From: a virus
DNA: 64,000 nucleotides
Reading direction: 5' to 3' (one strand)
Virus record (IMG/VR): IMGVR_UViG_3300031673_009915
Both the position numbers and the translations under genes were made by a program. A model generated the notes under the pieces. That model was given only the letters and a program-made list of their open reading frames with translations. It ran no database searches and was not told the origin of the DNA. This document shows, in pieces, positions 52,997 through 61,249 of this stretch (position 1 is its first letter; every line of letters begins with the position of its first letter).

Positions 52997-54367
52997 TTAT
53001 TCATAATATTCTTCTTCTTGTTTATTTATTAAATTATTTTTCTTTCTTTCTATTTCTTTTAAAAATTTATCATAATTCCATTTCAAATCTTTCAATTGAT
53101 TTTTATCTGGATATAGATTATAACTATAGTATTGTTTTACCCACATGATGAAATTTTTCCAATTAAAACTATCTAATTTTAAAAAACTAGGATGAAGTTT
53201 GTTCATTCTTTTTAACCATGCTATGTGTTGATTAAAAAACGGTTCAAAATCATCCTTCGATCCAAACCAACTAGAAAATCCTCCCATCATATATTTTCCT
53301 ATTTTATTTTGAATTGAAAAAATTTCATCATATAAATCATTAAACATATAGGTTAATGATTTTAATTCTTTTTGATTATTAGCATATTCTTTAAAAATTT
53401 CTTTATATTTTTCAAATATTTTATTATTTTTTGGTTTAATCTGATTTTCAAATGGTTCTGGAAGATGAATAGCTACTTTGAAAAAGAAACTATATCCTGA
53501 TCTATTATTATATATTAAAATATCTAATCCTTTTTTAATTATTTTTTTATCATGTGGCCAGTATCCTTCTTGGTGTAATAAAGCCAGTCGATTTAATATT
53601 TCTTTTATTTCTTCATCTTTCCATTTTTTATTTAAAATTTCTTTAGAAATATTATTATTTTTTATAAATTCTTGATTTATATTATGTTTTTTTAAAAAAG
53701 TTCCATTTTTTAATTGTTTAATTAGAGAATCAATTTTTTTATAAGTTTTACTAGATAATCTATGTTTTCTAACATTTTTTAAATTATTCCAATATTCTAT
53801 TAGTTCATTTTTTGTATTAAATGTATTTATTGTTTTTTCTTTAGATAAATCTATTTGATAATTTAAATTTATTTTGGGCGATTGTTTTAAATCGCCATGT
53901 AATATATCTTTAGATATATTACTATTCTCTATTGTATTCTCTATTGTATTCTCTATTAAAGATTCTTGAATTTTAAAGGAATGTTTCTTAAATTTTTCTT
54001 TTTCGTTTCTTGAATTTTTAAGTAACCATTCTAAAAATTTTTCTTTATCTAATCTATAATGAACAGTCGGATTTCCTCTAGCTTTTTTAATTTTCATTTC
54101 TAAAATTCCTTCTTTTTCAAACCATTTTGATGCTTTTCTAATTTGATATTCACTTAGATATATTTCTTCATACCATTCTTTATATGTTTTAAATAACCAA
54201 TCTCCTTTCATTTTATCTTGCCAATATAATAATTGATTTAAAAATGTAGCTCTTTCAAAATTTCCTGTTATTTTTATAAATATTACAGGAGTAACTATCA
54301 TATTTCCTTGTCCTGAATATTGAGTAATTAAATTCATTACATCAATACGAGATAATTTTTCACTCAT
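52997..54367 (-). CDS. replication initiator / replisome organiser-like protein (N-terminal winged helix)
   Basis: ..ATFLNQLLYWQDK..SEYQIRKASKWFEKEGILEMK..NPTVHYRLD.. wHTH pattern. Located upstream of the helicase gene. Confidence 0.55.
   Translation of the reverse strand: MSEKLSRIDVMNLITQYSGQGNMIVTPVIFIKITGNFERATFLNQLLYWQDKMKGDWLFKTYKEWYEEIYLSEYQIRKASKWFEKEGILEMKIKKARGNPTVHYRLDKEKFLEWLLKNSRNEKEKFKKHSFKIQESLIENTIENTIENSNISKDILHGDLKQSPKINLNYQIDLSKEKTINTFNTKNELIEYWNNLKNVRKHRLSSKTYKKIDSLIKQLKNGTFLKKHNINQEFIKNNNISKEILNKKWKDEEIKEILNRLALLHQEGYWPHDKKIIKKGLDILIYNNRSGYSFFFKVAIHLPEPFENQIKPKNNKIFEKYKEIFKEYANNQKELKSLTYMFNDLYDEIFSIQNKIGKYMMGGFSSWFGSKDDFEPFFNQHIAWLKRMNKLHPSFLKLDSFNWKNFIMWVKQYYSYNLYPDKNQLKDLKWNYDKFLKEIERKKNNLINKQEEEYYE
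53924..53957. repeat. 12-nt tandem repeat, about 2.8 copies, inside the initiator gene (iteron-like)
   Basis: attctctattgt at 53924 and 53936, with a partial copy at 53948. It encodes ENTIENTIENTI. Confidence 0.85.
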
Positions 54368-54423
54368 ATTTACCTTCTTTTTTTATTTGTTTTATTTTAA
54401 AATATTTTTAGCATTAAGAACAT

Positions 54424-54495
54424 TAGCACAGGCAGGATTCGAACCTGCATTTTCTAGAATATGAATCTAGAGAGTTTCCTTTACTCTACTGTGCA
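54424..54495 (-). tRNA. tRNA with CAU anticodon (Met, or Ile2 if lysidine-modified)
   Basis: Hand-folded cloverleaf. Acceptor stem has 6 bp plus a U1-U72 mismatch. D stem is GAGU/ACUC with a GG loop. Anticodon stem is CUAGA/UCUAG with loop UUCAUAU. T arm is GCAGG-UUCGAAU-CCUGC. Discriminator is A; no CCA is encoded. Confidence 0.75.
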
Positions 54496-54501
54496 ATAAA
54501 A

Positions 54502-54555
54502 AAGGCTAAATTTTCAGCACTCTTTTATGAGCTCCTCCACTGAAAATTTAGCCTT
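54502..54555 (-). terminator. 16-bp hairpin + U-tract (minus-strand sense) abutting the tRNA 5' end
   Basis: aaggctaaattttcag (54502-54517) pairs perfectly with ctgaaaatttagcctt (54540-54555). On the minus strand it is followed by UUUUAUU. Confidence 0.5.
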
Positions 54556-54575
54556 ATATGAAGATTCTTTAAAAT

Positions 54576-54611
54576 GAATCTATAAAAACGGAGGATAATT
54601 TTTACAGATTC
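54576..54611 (-). ncRNA. second hairpin of a structured non-coding leader
   Basis: 13-bp stem. The single non-Watson-Crick position is G-U in the minus-strand sense but C-A in the plus-strand sense. The loop contains CCUCC. Confidence 0.35.
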
Positions 54612-54775
54612 ATCTCACTATACCGTTCGTGTTTTTGTCGAATCTTCCGGACTGTGTACACAATTATAGATTGTGACTCCTTTTTAAAATTATACTTATG
54701 ATATTTTTTCACATAAAAAAGTAAAGTATTTTTTTAAAAAAACAGAGAAAAATCTATTTATTTAAAAAAATATTA

Positions 54776-55048
54776 TTATTCATTTAAATAAATATGAAAA
54801 ATATATTTTCCATTTTGATGACGAATATTTTCATCTATATAATATTCACTCCAATGTAATCCTTTCTGTTTAAAAAGAATTTCATCACAAAGAATTTTTA
54901 TACTATAACGATGATTTAAGCATTTTGAAATTAAAGGATCATTATCAGAAACTTCTATTTTTAATTGAGTAGGAATAGATATTGTTCCTTCTTTTTCAAC
55001 TAAAATTTTATATTTTTTCTTTAGTTTAAGCTCTAAATTATCTGTCAT
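54776..55048 (-). CDS. hypothetical protein
   Basis: 90-aa ORF. Confidence 0.5.
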   Translation of the reverse strand: MTDNLELKLKKKYKILVEKEGTISIPTQLKIEVSDNDPLISKCLNHRYSIKILCDEILFKQKGLHWSEYYIDENIRHQNGKYIFHIYLNE

Positions 55049-55049
55049 T

Positions 55050-55247
55050 TTATTCTCCTTTATCTGAATTCATTGTGTTTGTAAATTCTATAATATTTTG
55101 ACATATTTTAGAAAATATTTCTTCCATTTCTTCTTGTTCTTTCTCCATTTTATCAGAAAGTTTTTTTTGTCTTTTTTTTAATTTAAAATGATCTTTCTCC
55201 AATTCTTCAATTTCTTTCCTCAAATCTTCTAAATTTAGATATTTCAT
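55050..55247 (-). CDS. hypothetical coiled-coil protein
   Basis: 65-aa K/E-rich ORF, first after the divergent promoter region. Confidence 0.5.
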   Translation of the reverse strand: MKYLNLEDLRKEIEELEKDHFKLKKRQKKLSDKMEKEQEEMEEIFSKICQNIIEFTNTMNSDKGE

Positions 55248-55309
55248 TGAAACCTCCTTTAAAAAAATTTGAAGTAATTTTTTGTGTTTTTTATTATATT
55301 TATAATATA

Positions 55310-55338
55310 TATATAATATATATATTGTATAATGTCAA
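55310..55338 (-). promoter_or_regulatory. sigma70-type promoter (minus strand), divergent pair
   Basis: Reverse-complement TTGACATTAT at 55329-55338, then a 17-nt spacer and -10 TATATA (55310-55315). Confidence 0.5.
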
Positions 55339-55360
55339 ATATATTTTTTTAAAATTATAC

Positions 55361-55389
55361 TTGACATAGTTGATCTTATTTAATATATA
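55361..55389 (+). promoter_or_regulatory. sigma70-type promoter (plus strand), divergent pair
   Basis: TTGACA at 55361-55366, a 17-nt spacer, and TATATA at 55384-55389. AAAGGAG RBS precedes the ATG at 55420. Confidence 0.55.
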
Positions 55390-55419
55390 GTATATATTAA
55401 ATATCAAAAGGAGTGATAA

Positions 55420-56985
55420 ATGAGAAAAGCACTCAAAAAAAATAATGAAATCCTTATAAAATTTCAAGAATATGATTCTTATATTTTTAATAATCTATTA
55501 AATCATATTAAAAAAATTGAAGGGCGGTATTGGAATTCAAACACCAAAACATGGTCATTACCTTTATCTAAAAAAAACATAGAAATAATATCTGAATTAG
55601 GTTTTATTCTTGATGTAGATTTAAAAAATTTTTTTGAACAACATAAAAATATCAATGTACAAAAAGAGATTGAAAAAATTCAAATAAAAAAAAATATCTC
55701 TTTAAAACTAAGACCTTATCAAATTTTTCACACAAAAAACATTCTTTATTCTTTTATAAATGAAAATGCTGCATTAGATGCTAGTGACACAGGAACAGGA
55801 AAAACTTATGTGGCTCTTGCTGTAGCAAAACAATTAAAACTCTTTCCTATTATTCTTACAAGAAAATCAGCAATTCATCAATGGAAAAAAGTTGCAGAAT
55901 ATTTTAAATTAGATTGTTATGTGTCTAATTATGAACAATTTAAATATAATAATACATCTTATCTGGAATCTTATAAAACAGATGAAAATATAAATATTTA
56001 TAAATGGAATAATATGGAAAATTCTGTGTTAATTTTTGATGAAGTTCATAAATGTAAAAATAGAAAAACACTCAATTCTAAAATTTTATTACAAGCAAAA
56101 AAACAAAATTTAAAAATTTTAGCTCTTTCTGCTACTATTGCAGATAATCCATTACAAATGTATGCAATATCTCAGATATTAAATATTTGTAATGAAAAAT
56201 TATACTGGTCTTGGATTTATCAAAGAGGTGTTTCTAAAAATTATTGGGGGGGATTGATTTTTAATTGTTTAGAAAAAAATCTTAAAAAAATACATAAAGA
56301 CATATTTCCAAAAAAAGGAAGTCGTATTTCTATAAAAGAATTAGGTGATATTTTCCCTAAAAATATGATTATTTCAGAGTGTTGCGAAATGAAAGAATCT
56401 ATTATAATTCAAAATTGTTATGAAATAATAAAAGAAGAATTGCGAAAATTAAAAGAAAAAACAATAAAAGACAAAGCTTCTATTCTAACTCAGATATTAA
56501 GAGAAAGACAAAAAATAGAATTGTTAAAAATTTCTACTTTTATAGAACTTGCAGAAGATTATGTAGAAGAAGGAGCTTCTGTTATTATTTTTGTTAATTT
56601 CAAAGAAACTGTTAATATTCTATGCGAAAAATTAAATACTACTTGTGTTATTACAGGAGATACTTCATTAGAAGACAGACAAAAAAATATAGAAGATTTT
56701 CAAACAGATAAAAAAAGGATTATTATTTGTAATTCTAAAGCAGGAGGTGAAAGTATTAGTCTTCATGATATTAACGGTAAATATAACAGAATAGTTTTAA
56801 TATCTCCTACTTATTCCGCTCAAGATTTAATACAAATTTTAGGAAGAGCGCACCGGGATGGTGGAAAAAGTCCGGTAATTCAAAAAATACTTTTTTGTTC
56901 AAATACAAAAGAAGAAGAGATAGCTGAAAAAGTAGAACAAAAAATTAAAAATATAAAACTTATAAATGATGGAGATTTAATTTAA
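55420..56985 (+). CDS. SNF2/SF2-family helicase
   Basis: Motif I DASDTGTGKTYVALAVA, motif II LIFDEVHKCKN, motif VI QILGRAHRDGG. Confidence 0.8.
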   Translation: MRKALKKNNEILIKFQEYDSYIFNNLLNHIKKIEGRYWNSNTKTWSLPLSKKNIEIISELGFILDVDLKNFFEQHKNINVQKEIEKIQIKKNISLKLRPYQIFHTKNILYSFINENAALDASDTGTGKTYVALAVAKQLKLFPIILTRKSAIHQWKKVAEYFKLDCYVSNYEQFKYNNTSYLESYKTDENINIYKWNNMENSVLIFDEVHKCKNRKTLNSKILLQAKKQNLKILALSATIADNPLQMYAISQILNICNEKLYWSWIYQRGVSKNYWGGLIFNCLEKNLKKIHKDIFPKKGSRISIKELGDIFPKNMIISECCEMKESIIIQNCYEIIKEELRKLKEKTIKDKASILTQILRERQKIELLKISTFIELAEDYVEEGASVIIFVNFKETVNILCEKLNTTCVITGDTSLEDRQKNIEDFQTDKKRIIICNSKAGGESISLHDINGKYNRIVLISPTYSAQDLIQILGRAHRDGGKSPVIQKILFCSNTKEEEIAEKVEQKIKNIKLINDGDLI

Positions 56986-57002
56986 AAAAAGGAGGAAAAT
57001 AA

Positions 57003-58694
57003 ATGTTAGAATTATTTCAAACCGTTACTTTTATAAATGGAATAACAATATTGATTTTTGGAATTTTTATTTTAATAAAAAATAGAAATCAGAAATCAGT
57101 TCGGGCTTTCTTTCTTTTCTCTGTATTTTTTGCCGTTTGGATGATTGCTTTTTCCTTTCAAGTTATAGAAAAAAATTATAATAATTCATTGATATTAACT
57201 AAAATATTTATGCTGGGTGCTAATTTTATTCCTGTTGCTTTTTTATATTTTATTTGTATTATTATTGATGTTTGTAATAAGAAAATAATAAAATATATTG
57301 TATCTTTATTTTGGATATGGGCAATTATATTGAGTCTGTTTTTATTGACACCTTTTTATATAGATTATTTAAAACCAAAACTTATTTTTCATTGGTGGCT
57401 TGTTCCAGGTTTGTTTTTTCATTTTCAATTTATAACTACAGAAATCATATTTTTAATATGTATTTTTTTGGTTATAAAAAATCATAAAAAAATTGGACAA
57501 CAATCTAAAGATTTATTACTTGGAGCAGGTGTTGCGATTATATCTGGAAGTTCTAACTATTATTTATGTTATGATATTTTTATTATGCCTTATTTAAATT
57601 TTTTAATGCCTGTACAATTGATGGTATATGTGTATTGTATAATGAAATATAATATAATGGATGTTAGAAAATATCTTTTAAAAGGTGTGTTTTCTTATTT
57701 AATTTTTTCTATAATTTTTTCTATTCCTATTTTTGTTATACATTTTATATACATACCATTTGATTTATTTCAAATTATTTTAATAATGATATGTATTTTT
57801 TTAGCTTTAATTTATAAAAATTCTTTTATAATAGGAGAATTGGAAAATAAAGTTGATATTCGAACAGAAGAATTACAGTCAGCTAATGAAGAACTTGAAA
57901 CAATAAATACAGAATTAGTTACAACAAGAGACAAACTTTGGAGTGAAATGCAAATCGCAAAAAAAATTCAAACAGTTCTTCTTCCTAAGAATCCAAAAAT
58001 AAAAGGATATGAAATATCTGCATACATGAAACCTGCTGATGATGTAGGAGGAGATTATTATGATGTGATAAATGTTACTAATGGAAGCTGGTTGATTATA
58101 GGTGATGTGTCTGGTCATGGGGTGCCTGCGGGTCTTGTTATGATGATGGTGCAAACATGTATACACAACACATTAAATATTTTTCCAGATATTTCTCCTT
58201 CTAAATTATTAAAGATAATAAATAAAACAATTACTGAAAATATTCAGTTAATGGGTGAAGATAAATATATGACGATGACTGTTTTTAATATTAACAAAAA
58301 TGATAAATTTATTTTTGCAGGTCTTCATCAAAATATACTAATTTATAGAAAAAAAACAAATGTTATTGAATCAATTCAAACAGATGGAATGTGGTTGGGT
58401 TTAATGAAAAATATTCAAAATATGCTAAAAAATGATTGTTTTAAATTGGATGAAGGTGATATTTTATTATTATACACTGATGGTATAACAGAGGCATGGA
58501 AAAAAGAAAGTAATTATGAAAAACGAGAAATTGAAAAAGACATGTTTGGAGAAAAAAAATTAAAACAAATTTTCTTTAATTCAGAAAAAACCACACCTGT
58601 TCTTATACAAAATAATATTATTAAAGAATTAAAAAAATATACATGTAAAGATGATGTTACAATGCTTATTATAAAAAAGGAGGAAAATTTATGA
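57003..58694 (+). CDS. membrane sensor PP2C-type phosphatase (multi-TM N-domain + SpoIIE/RsbU-like domain)
   Basis: About 7 N-terminal TM helices, a coiled-coil linker, then ..ADDVGGDYYDVI..LIIGDVSGHGVPAGLVMMMV..LLLYTDGITEA..DDVTMLIIK, the SpoIIE-family signature. Confidence 0.8.
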   Translation: MLELFQTVTFINGITILIFGIFILIKNRNQKSVRAFFLFSVFFAVWMIAFSFQVIEKNYNNSLILTKIFMLGANFIPVAFLYFICIIIDVCNKKIIKYIVSLFWIWAIILSLFLLTPFYIDYLKPKLIFHWWLVPGLFFHFQFITTEIIFLICIFLVIKNHKKIGQQSKDLLLGAGVAIISGSSNYYLCYDIFIMPYLNFLMPVQLMVYVYCIMKYNIMDVRKYLLKGVFSYLIFSIIFSIPIFVIHFIYIPFDLFQIILIMICIFLALIYKNSFIIGELENKVDIRTEELQSANEELETINTELVTTRDKLWSEMQIAKKIQTVLLPKNPKIKGYEISAYMKPADDVGGDYYDVINVTNGSWLIIGDVSGHGVPAGLVMMMVQTCIHNTLNIFPDISPSKLLKIINKTITENIQLMGEDKYMTMTVFNINKNDKFIFAGLHQNILIYRKKTNVIESIQTDGMWLGLMKNIQNMLKNDCFKLDEGDILLLYTDGITEAWKKESNYEKREIEKDMFGEKKLKQIFFNSEKTTPVLIQNNIIKELKKYTCKDDVTMLIIKKEENL

Positions 58695-58891
58695 AACAAG
58701 CACAAAAAAAAGCGATATGGGATTTTTATTTTTTTTTAGTAGAATGGTATGAAATAAATCCAGAATCTTCACAAATAGATTTTACATATTTAATTCAATT
58801 AAGAGATGCTATGATAAAAGAAAAAATAAAAGATTCTCTTTCTATTCTTTCAGAAATAATTCAATTACATAATCAAAATAACAATGTTTGA
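58691..58891 (+). CDS. hypothetical 66-aa protein, stand-alone copy of the C-domain of 59261..59746
   Basis: ATGA overlap with the phosphatase stop. Residues 4-66 are near-identical to the C-terminus of the downstream Zn-ribbon protein. Confidence 0.5.
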   Translation: MKQAQKKAIWDFYFFLVEWYEINPESSQIDFTYLIQLRDAMIKEKIKDSLSILSEIIQLHNQNNNV

Positions 58892-58918
58892 TATAGAAAG
58901 ATTTCTTCTTGAATATAA
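58700..58918. repeat. 219-bp direct repeat, copy A
   Basis: Matches 59555-59773 with 1 mismatch seen by eye. Confidence 0.9.
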
Positions 58919-58973
58919 AAATCAAAAATTGTTTTAAAGAAATAAAGAAAAAAATAAAAGGAATGCAATAAAA

Positions 58974-59264
58974 ATGACAATTGTAGAATATATCAAATAT
59001 ATAAAACGAAGATGTGATTGTAATAAGGGACTAGTGTATTGGAAAAAAGAATGGAAAAGTAGAATAAGAGCACGAGGACACTGGATGAATGATTATGCTC
59101 AGTTACTTACAAATACAAGCAAGTATAGAACAAAATATCGATATATAGCAGAATGTGAATTGTGCGGAAAATTCTACTTCGCAACAAAAAGAAAAAAAGA
59201 AATGATAATATCTTTAAAATTTCTTAATTTTGGTTATAAAAAAAAGGAATATAATAAAAAATGA
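58974..59264 (+). CDS. hypothetical basic protein with CxC/CxxC motifs
   Basis: 96-aa ORF inside the segment bracketed by the 219-bp repeats. Confidence 0.5.
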   Translation: MTIVEYIKYIKRRCDCNKGLVYWKKEWKSRIRARGHWMNDYAQLLTNTSKYRTKYRYIAECELCGKFYFATKRKKEMIISLKFLNFGYKKKEYNKK

Positions 59265-59746
59265 AATTTGATGCAAAAAAATTCTTAAAAGATTATAATA
59301 TATCTTATAATACCGAAGGCAGTAATTGTCAAGAAGGATGGATAAATATAACTTGCCCATTTTGTAATGACATTTCTAATCACGGGGGATTTAATTTAGA
59401 AAAAGGTTATTATAATTGCTGGAAATGTAAACATCACCATCTTGATAATGTTGTTAGTGCTCTTTTGTCTTGCAATGTTTCAAAAGCAAAACAAATAATA
59501 AAAGAATATGAAAGTTTTATACCTGCTTACACAGAAAAGTCAGAAATATTTTCAGCACAAAAAAAAGCGGTATGGGATTTTTATTTTTTTTTAGTAGAAT
59601 GGTATGAAATAAATCCAGAATCTTCACAAATAGATTTTACATATTTAATTCAATTAAGAGATGCTATGATAAAAGAAAAAATAAAAGATTCTCTTTCTAT
59701 TCTTTCAGAAATAATTCAATTACATAATCAAAATAACAATGTTTGA
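59261..59746 (+). CDS. primase-type zinc-ribbon domain protein (paralog of the primase N-terminus) fused to the 66-aa domain
   Basis: ..NCQEGWINITCPFCNDISNHGGFNLEKGYYNCWKCKHH.. parallels the primase ..NCQEGWVNITCPFCDDDANHGGFNIEKEYYNCWKCGFH.. Confidence 0.6.
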   Translation: MKFDAKKFLKDYNISYNTEGSNCQEGWINITCPFCNDISNHGGFNLEKGYYNCWKCKHHHLDNVVSALLSCNVSKAKQIIKEYESFIPAYTEKSEIFSAQKKAVWDFYFFLVEWYEINPESSQIDFTYLIQLRDAMIKEKIKDSLSILSEIIQLHNQNNNV

Positions 59747-59773
59747 TATAGAAAGATTTCTTCTTGAATATAA
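59555..59773. repeat. 219-bp direct repeat, copy B
   Basis: Matches 58700-58918. Confidence 0.9.
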
Positions 59774-60620
59774 TGTATCAACCTGGACAGAAGGAAAAAA
59801 TTGTCAAGAAGGATGGGTCAATATAACCTGTCCTTTTTGTGATGATGATGCTAATCATGGAGGATTTAATATAGAAAAAGAATATTATAATTGTTGGAAA
59901 TGTGGTTTTCATTCTTATAAAGAAATTTTAAAAAAATTTTCAGATATATCATATAAAGAATTATTAGAAGAATATTTTATAAATTTTAATATAAAAAAGA
60001 AAAAAGATTCTTTAATAAAAAAATCTTTTTCTTTTCCTTTCGGTACAAGACAAATTTCAGAAAGACATAAAAAATATTTGTTAAATAGAAATTTTGATCC
60101 TGATCAATTAGAAAAGGATTGGTTTCTATTAGGAACAGATTGTTTAGGAGATTATAAATTTAGAATCGTAATTCCTATTATATTTAATAATAAAATAGTT
60201 TCTTTTCAATGCAGAGATATTACAGACAAACAAGTTTTACGATATAAAGCATGTGAAAAAGAAAAAGAAATTATTCATCATAAAAATATTTTATATGGAT
60301 TAGATTATATTCAAAATGATCGATGTGTGCTTGTTGAAGGTGTTACAGATGTGTGGAGAATTGGAAAAGGGGCTGTATCCTGTTTTGGTACAGGATATAC
60401 AAAAAATCAAATATATCTTCTTTCTACTTATGCAAAACAAATATTTATTTTATTTGATTCTGTAAGAATAGCTCAGAAGATAGCTGAAAAAATAGGATGG
60501 GAATTATCTTTACTAAATAATACAATAGAAATTATTACAATACCTTCTTCTATAAAAGATCCAGCAGAAATGAGTTTTGAAGATGCTTTATATTTACGAA
60601 AAAATTTATTAAAATATTGA
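59739..60620 (+). CDS. DNA primase (Zn-ribbon + TOPRIM)
   Basis: N-terminal CPFC..H..CWKC ribbon. TOPRIM-like CVLVEGVTDVWRIGKG and IFILFDS. Confidence 0.65.
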   Translation: MFDIERFLLEYNVSTWTEGKNCQEGWVNITCPFCDDDANHGGFNIEKEYYNCWKCGFHSYKEILKKFSDISYKELLEEYFINFNIKKKKDSLIKKSFSFPFGTRQISERHKKYLLNRNFDPDQLEKDWFLLGTDCLGDYKFRIVIPIIFNNKIVSFQCRDITDKQVLRYKACEKEKEIIHHKNILYGLDYIQNDRCVLVEGVTDVWRIGKGAVSCFGTGYTKNQIYLLSTYAKQIFILFDSVRIAQKIAEKIGWELSLLNNTIEIITIPSSIKDPAEMSFEDALYLRKNLLKY

Positions 60621-60638
60621 ATTTTTTTGATAAAGTAT

Positions 60639-60667
60639 TTGACATTATTATATATATTTAGTATATT
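60639..60667 (+). promoter_or_regulatory. sigma70-type promoter
   Basis: TTGACATTAT at 60639-60648, a 17-nt spacer, and TATATT at 60662-60667. AAAGGAG RBS precedes the ATG at 60707. Confidence 0.5.
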
Positions 60668-60706
60668 ATATATAGAAAGATTGAATAAACAAAAAGGAGA
60701 AACAAA

Positions 60707-60952
60707 ATGAGAAAAACAATTGAACAAAAAATAACAGAAAAAATAGGAAACGATTACAAAAAATTATACGAAGAATACTTAAAGAAAAACACACGCGCAA
60801 GACGAGCTTTTTATGCGCTTGAATCAACTTTAAAAATAGCAAGAAACGGACATTATTATTATACAGGTCTTAAAATTGAAATGAAAAATAATGAGTTAAA
60901 TGCTTACATGCACAGAATGGATACAACAGAAGCAACGGTCGAGTTAATTTAG
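60707..60952 (+). CDS. hypothetical protein
   Basis: 81-aa ORF with a good RBS. Confidence 0.55.
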   Translation: MRKTIEQKITEKIGNDYKKLYEEYLKKNTRARRAFYALESTLKIARNGHYYYTGLKIEMKNNELNAYMHRMDTTEATVELI

Positions 60953-61017
60953 GGAACTGCAATCTCCCAGATTGATTTACATAGTCATATATAAAATAAA
61001 ACAAAAAGAGATATAAA

Positions 61018-61242
61018 ATGAAAGAATATAAAAGATTACAAGAATTTGCTGATAGAGATTATGAAGGAAATTTGTTGGGTTATTCAGTTTCTGATAGTAT
61101 ACTTGACGAAATATATCAGGATGACAATTCTCCTGAACAAGATGTTTTAGTAGAATATTTTGAAAAAAAATATAAATGTGAACTTTCATTTATAGACAAT
61201 CCAAATTCAAAAGAGGGTGGATATAAAATATATCCTAAATAA
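61018..61242 (+). CDS. hypothetical acidic protein
   Basis: 74-aa ORF. Confidence 0.5.
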   Translation: MKEYKRLQEFADRDYEGNLLGYSVSDSILDEIYQDDNSPEQDVLVEYFEKKYKCELSFIDNPNSKEGGYKIYPK

Positions 61243-61249
61243 AAAGTTT

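Noticed and set aside
54424-54495. Calling the tRNA(CAU) an initiator tRNA-fMet because of the 1-72 mismatch
   Set aside because: The anticodon stem is A-U rich (CUAGA/UCUAG) and lacks the three G-C pairs characteristic of bacterial initiators. Its identity is left open as Met or Ile2.
54600-54660. A second tRNA or tRNA fragment in the GC-richer patch (..GTCCGGAAGATTCGACAAAAACACGAACGG..)
   Set aside because: I tried to fold a T-arm around TTCGA and found no complementary stem or acceptor pairing. I kept it only as part of the structured leader.
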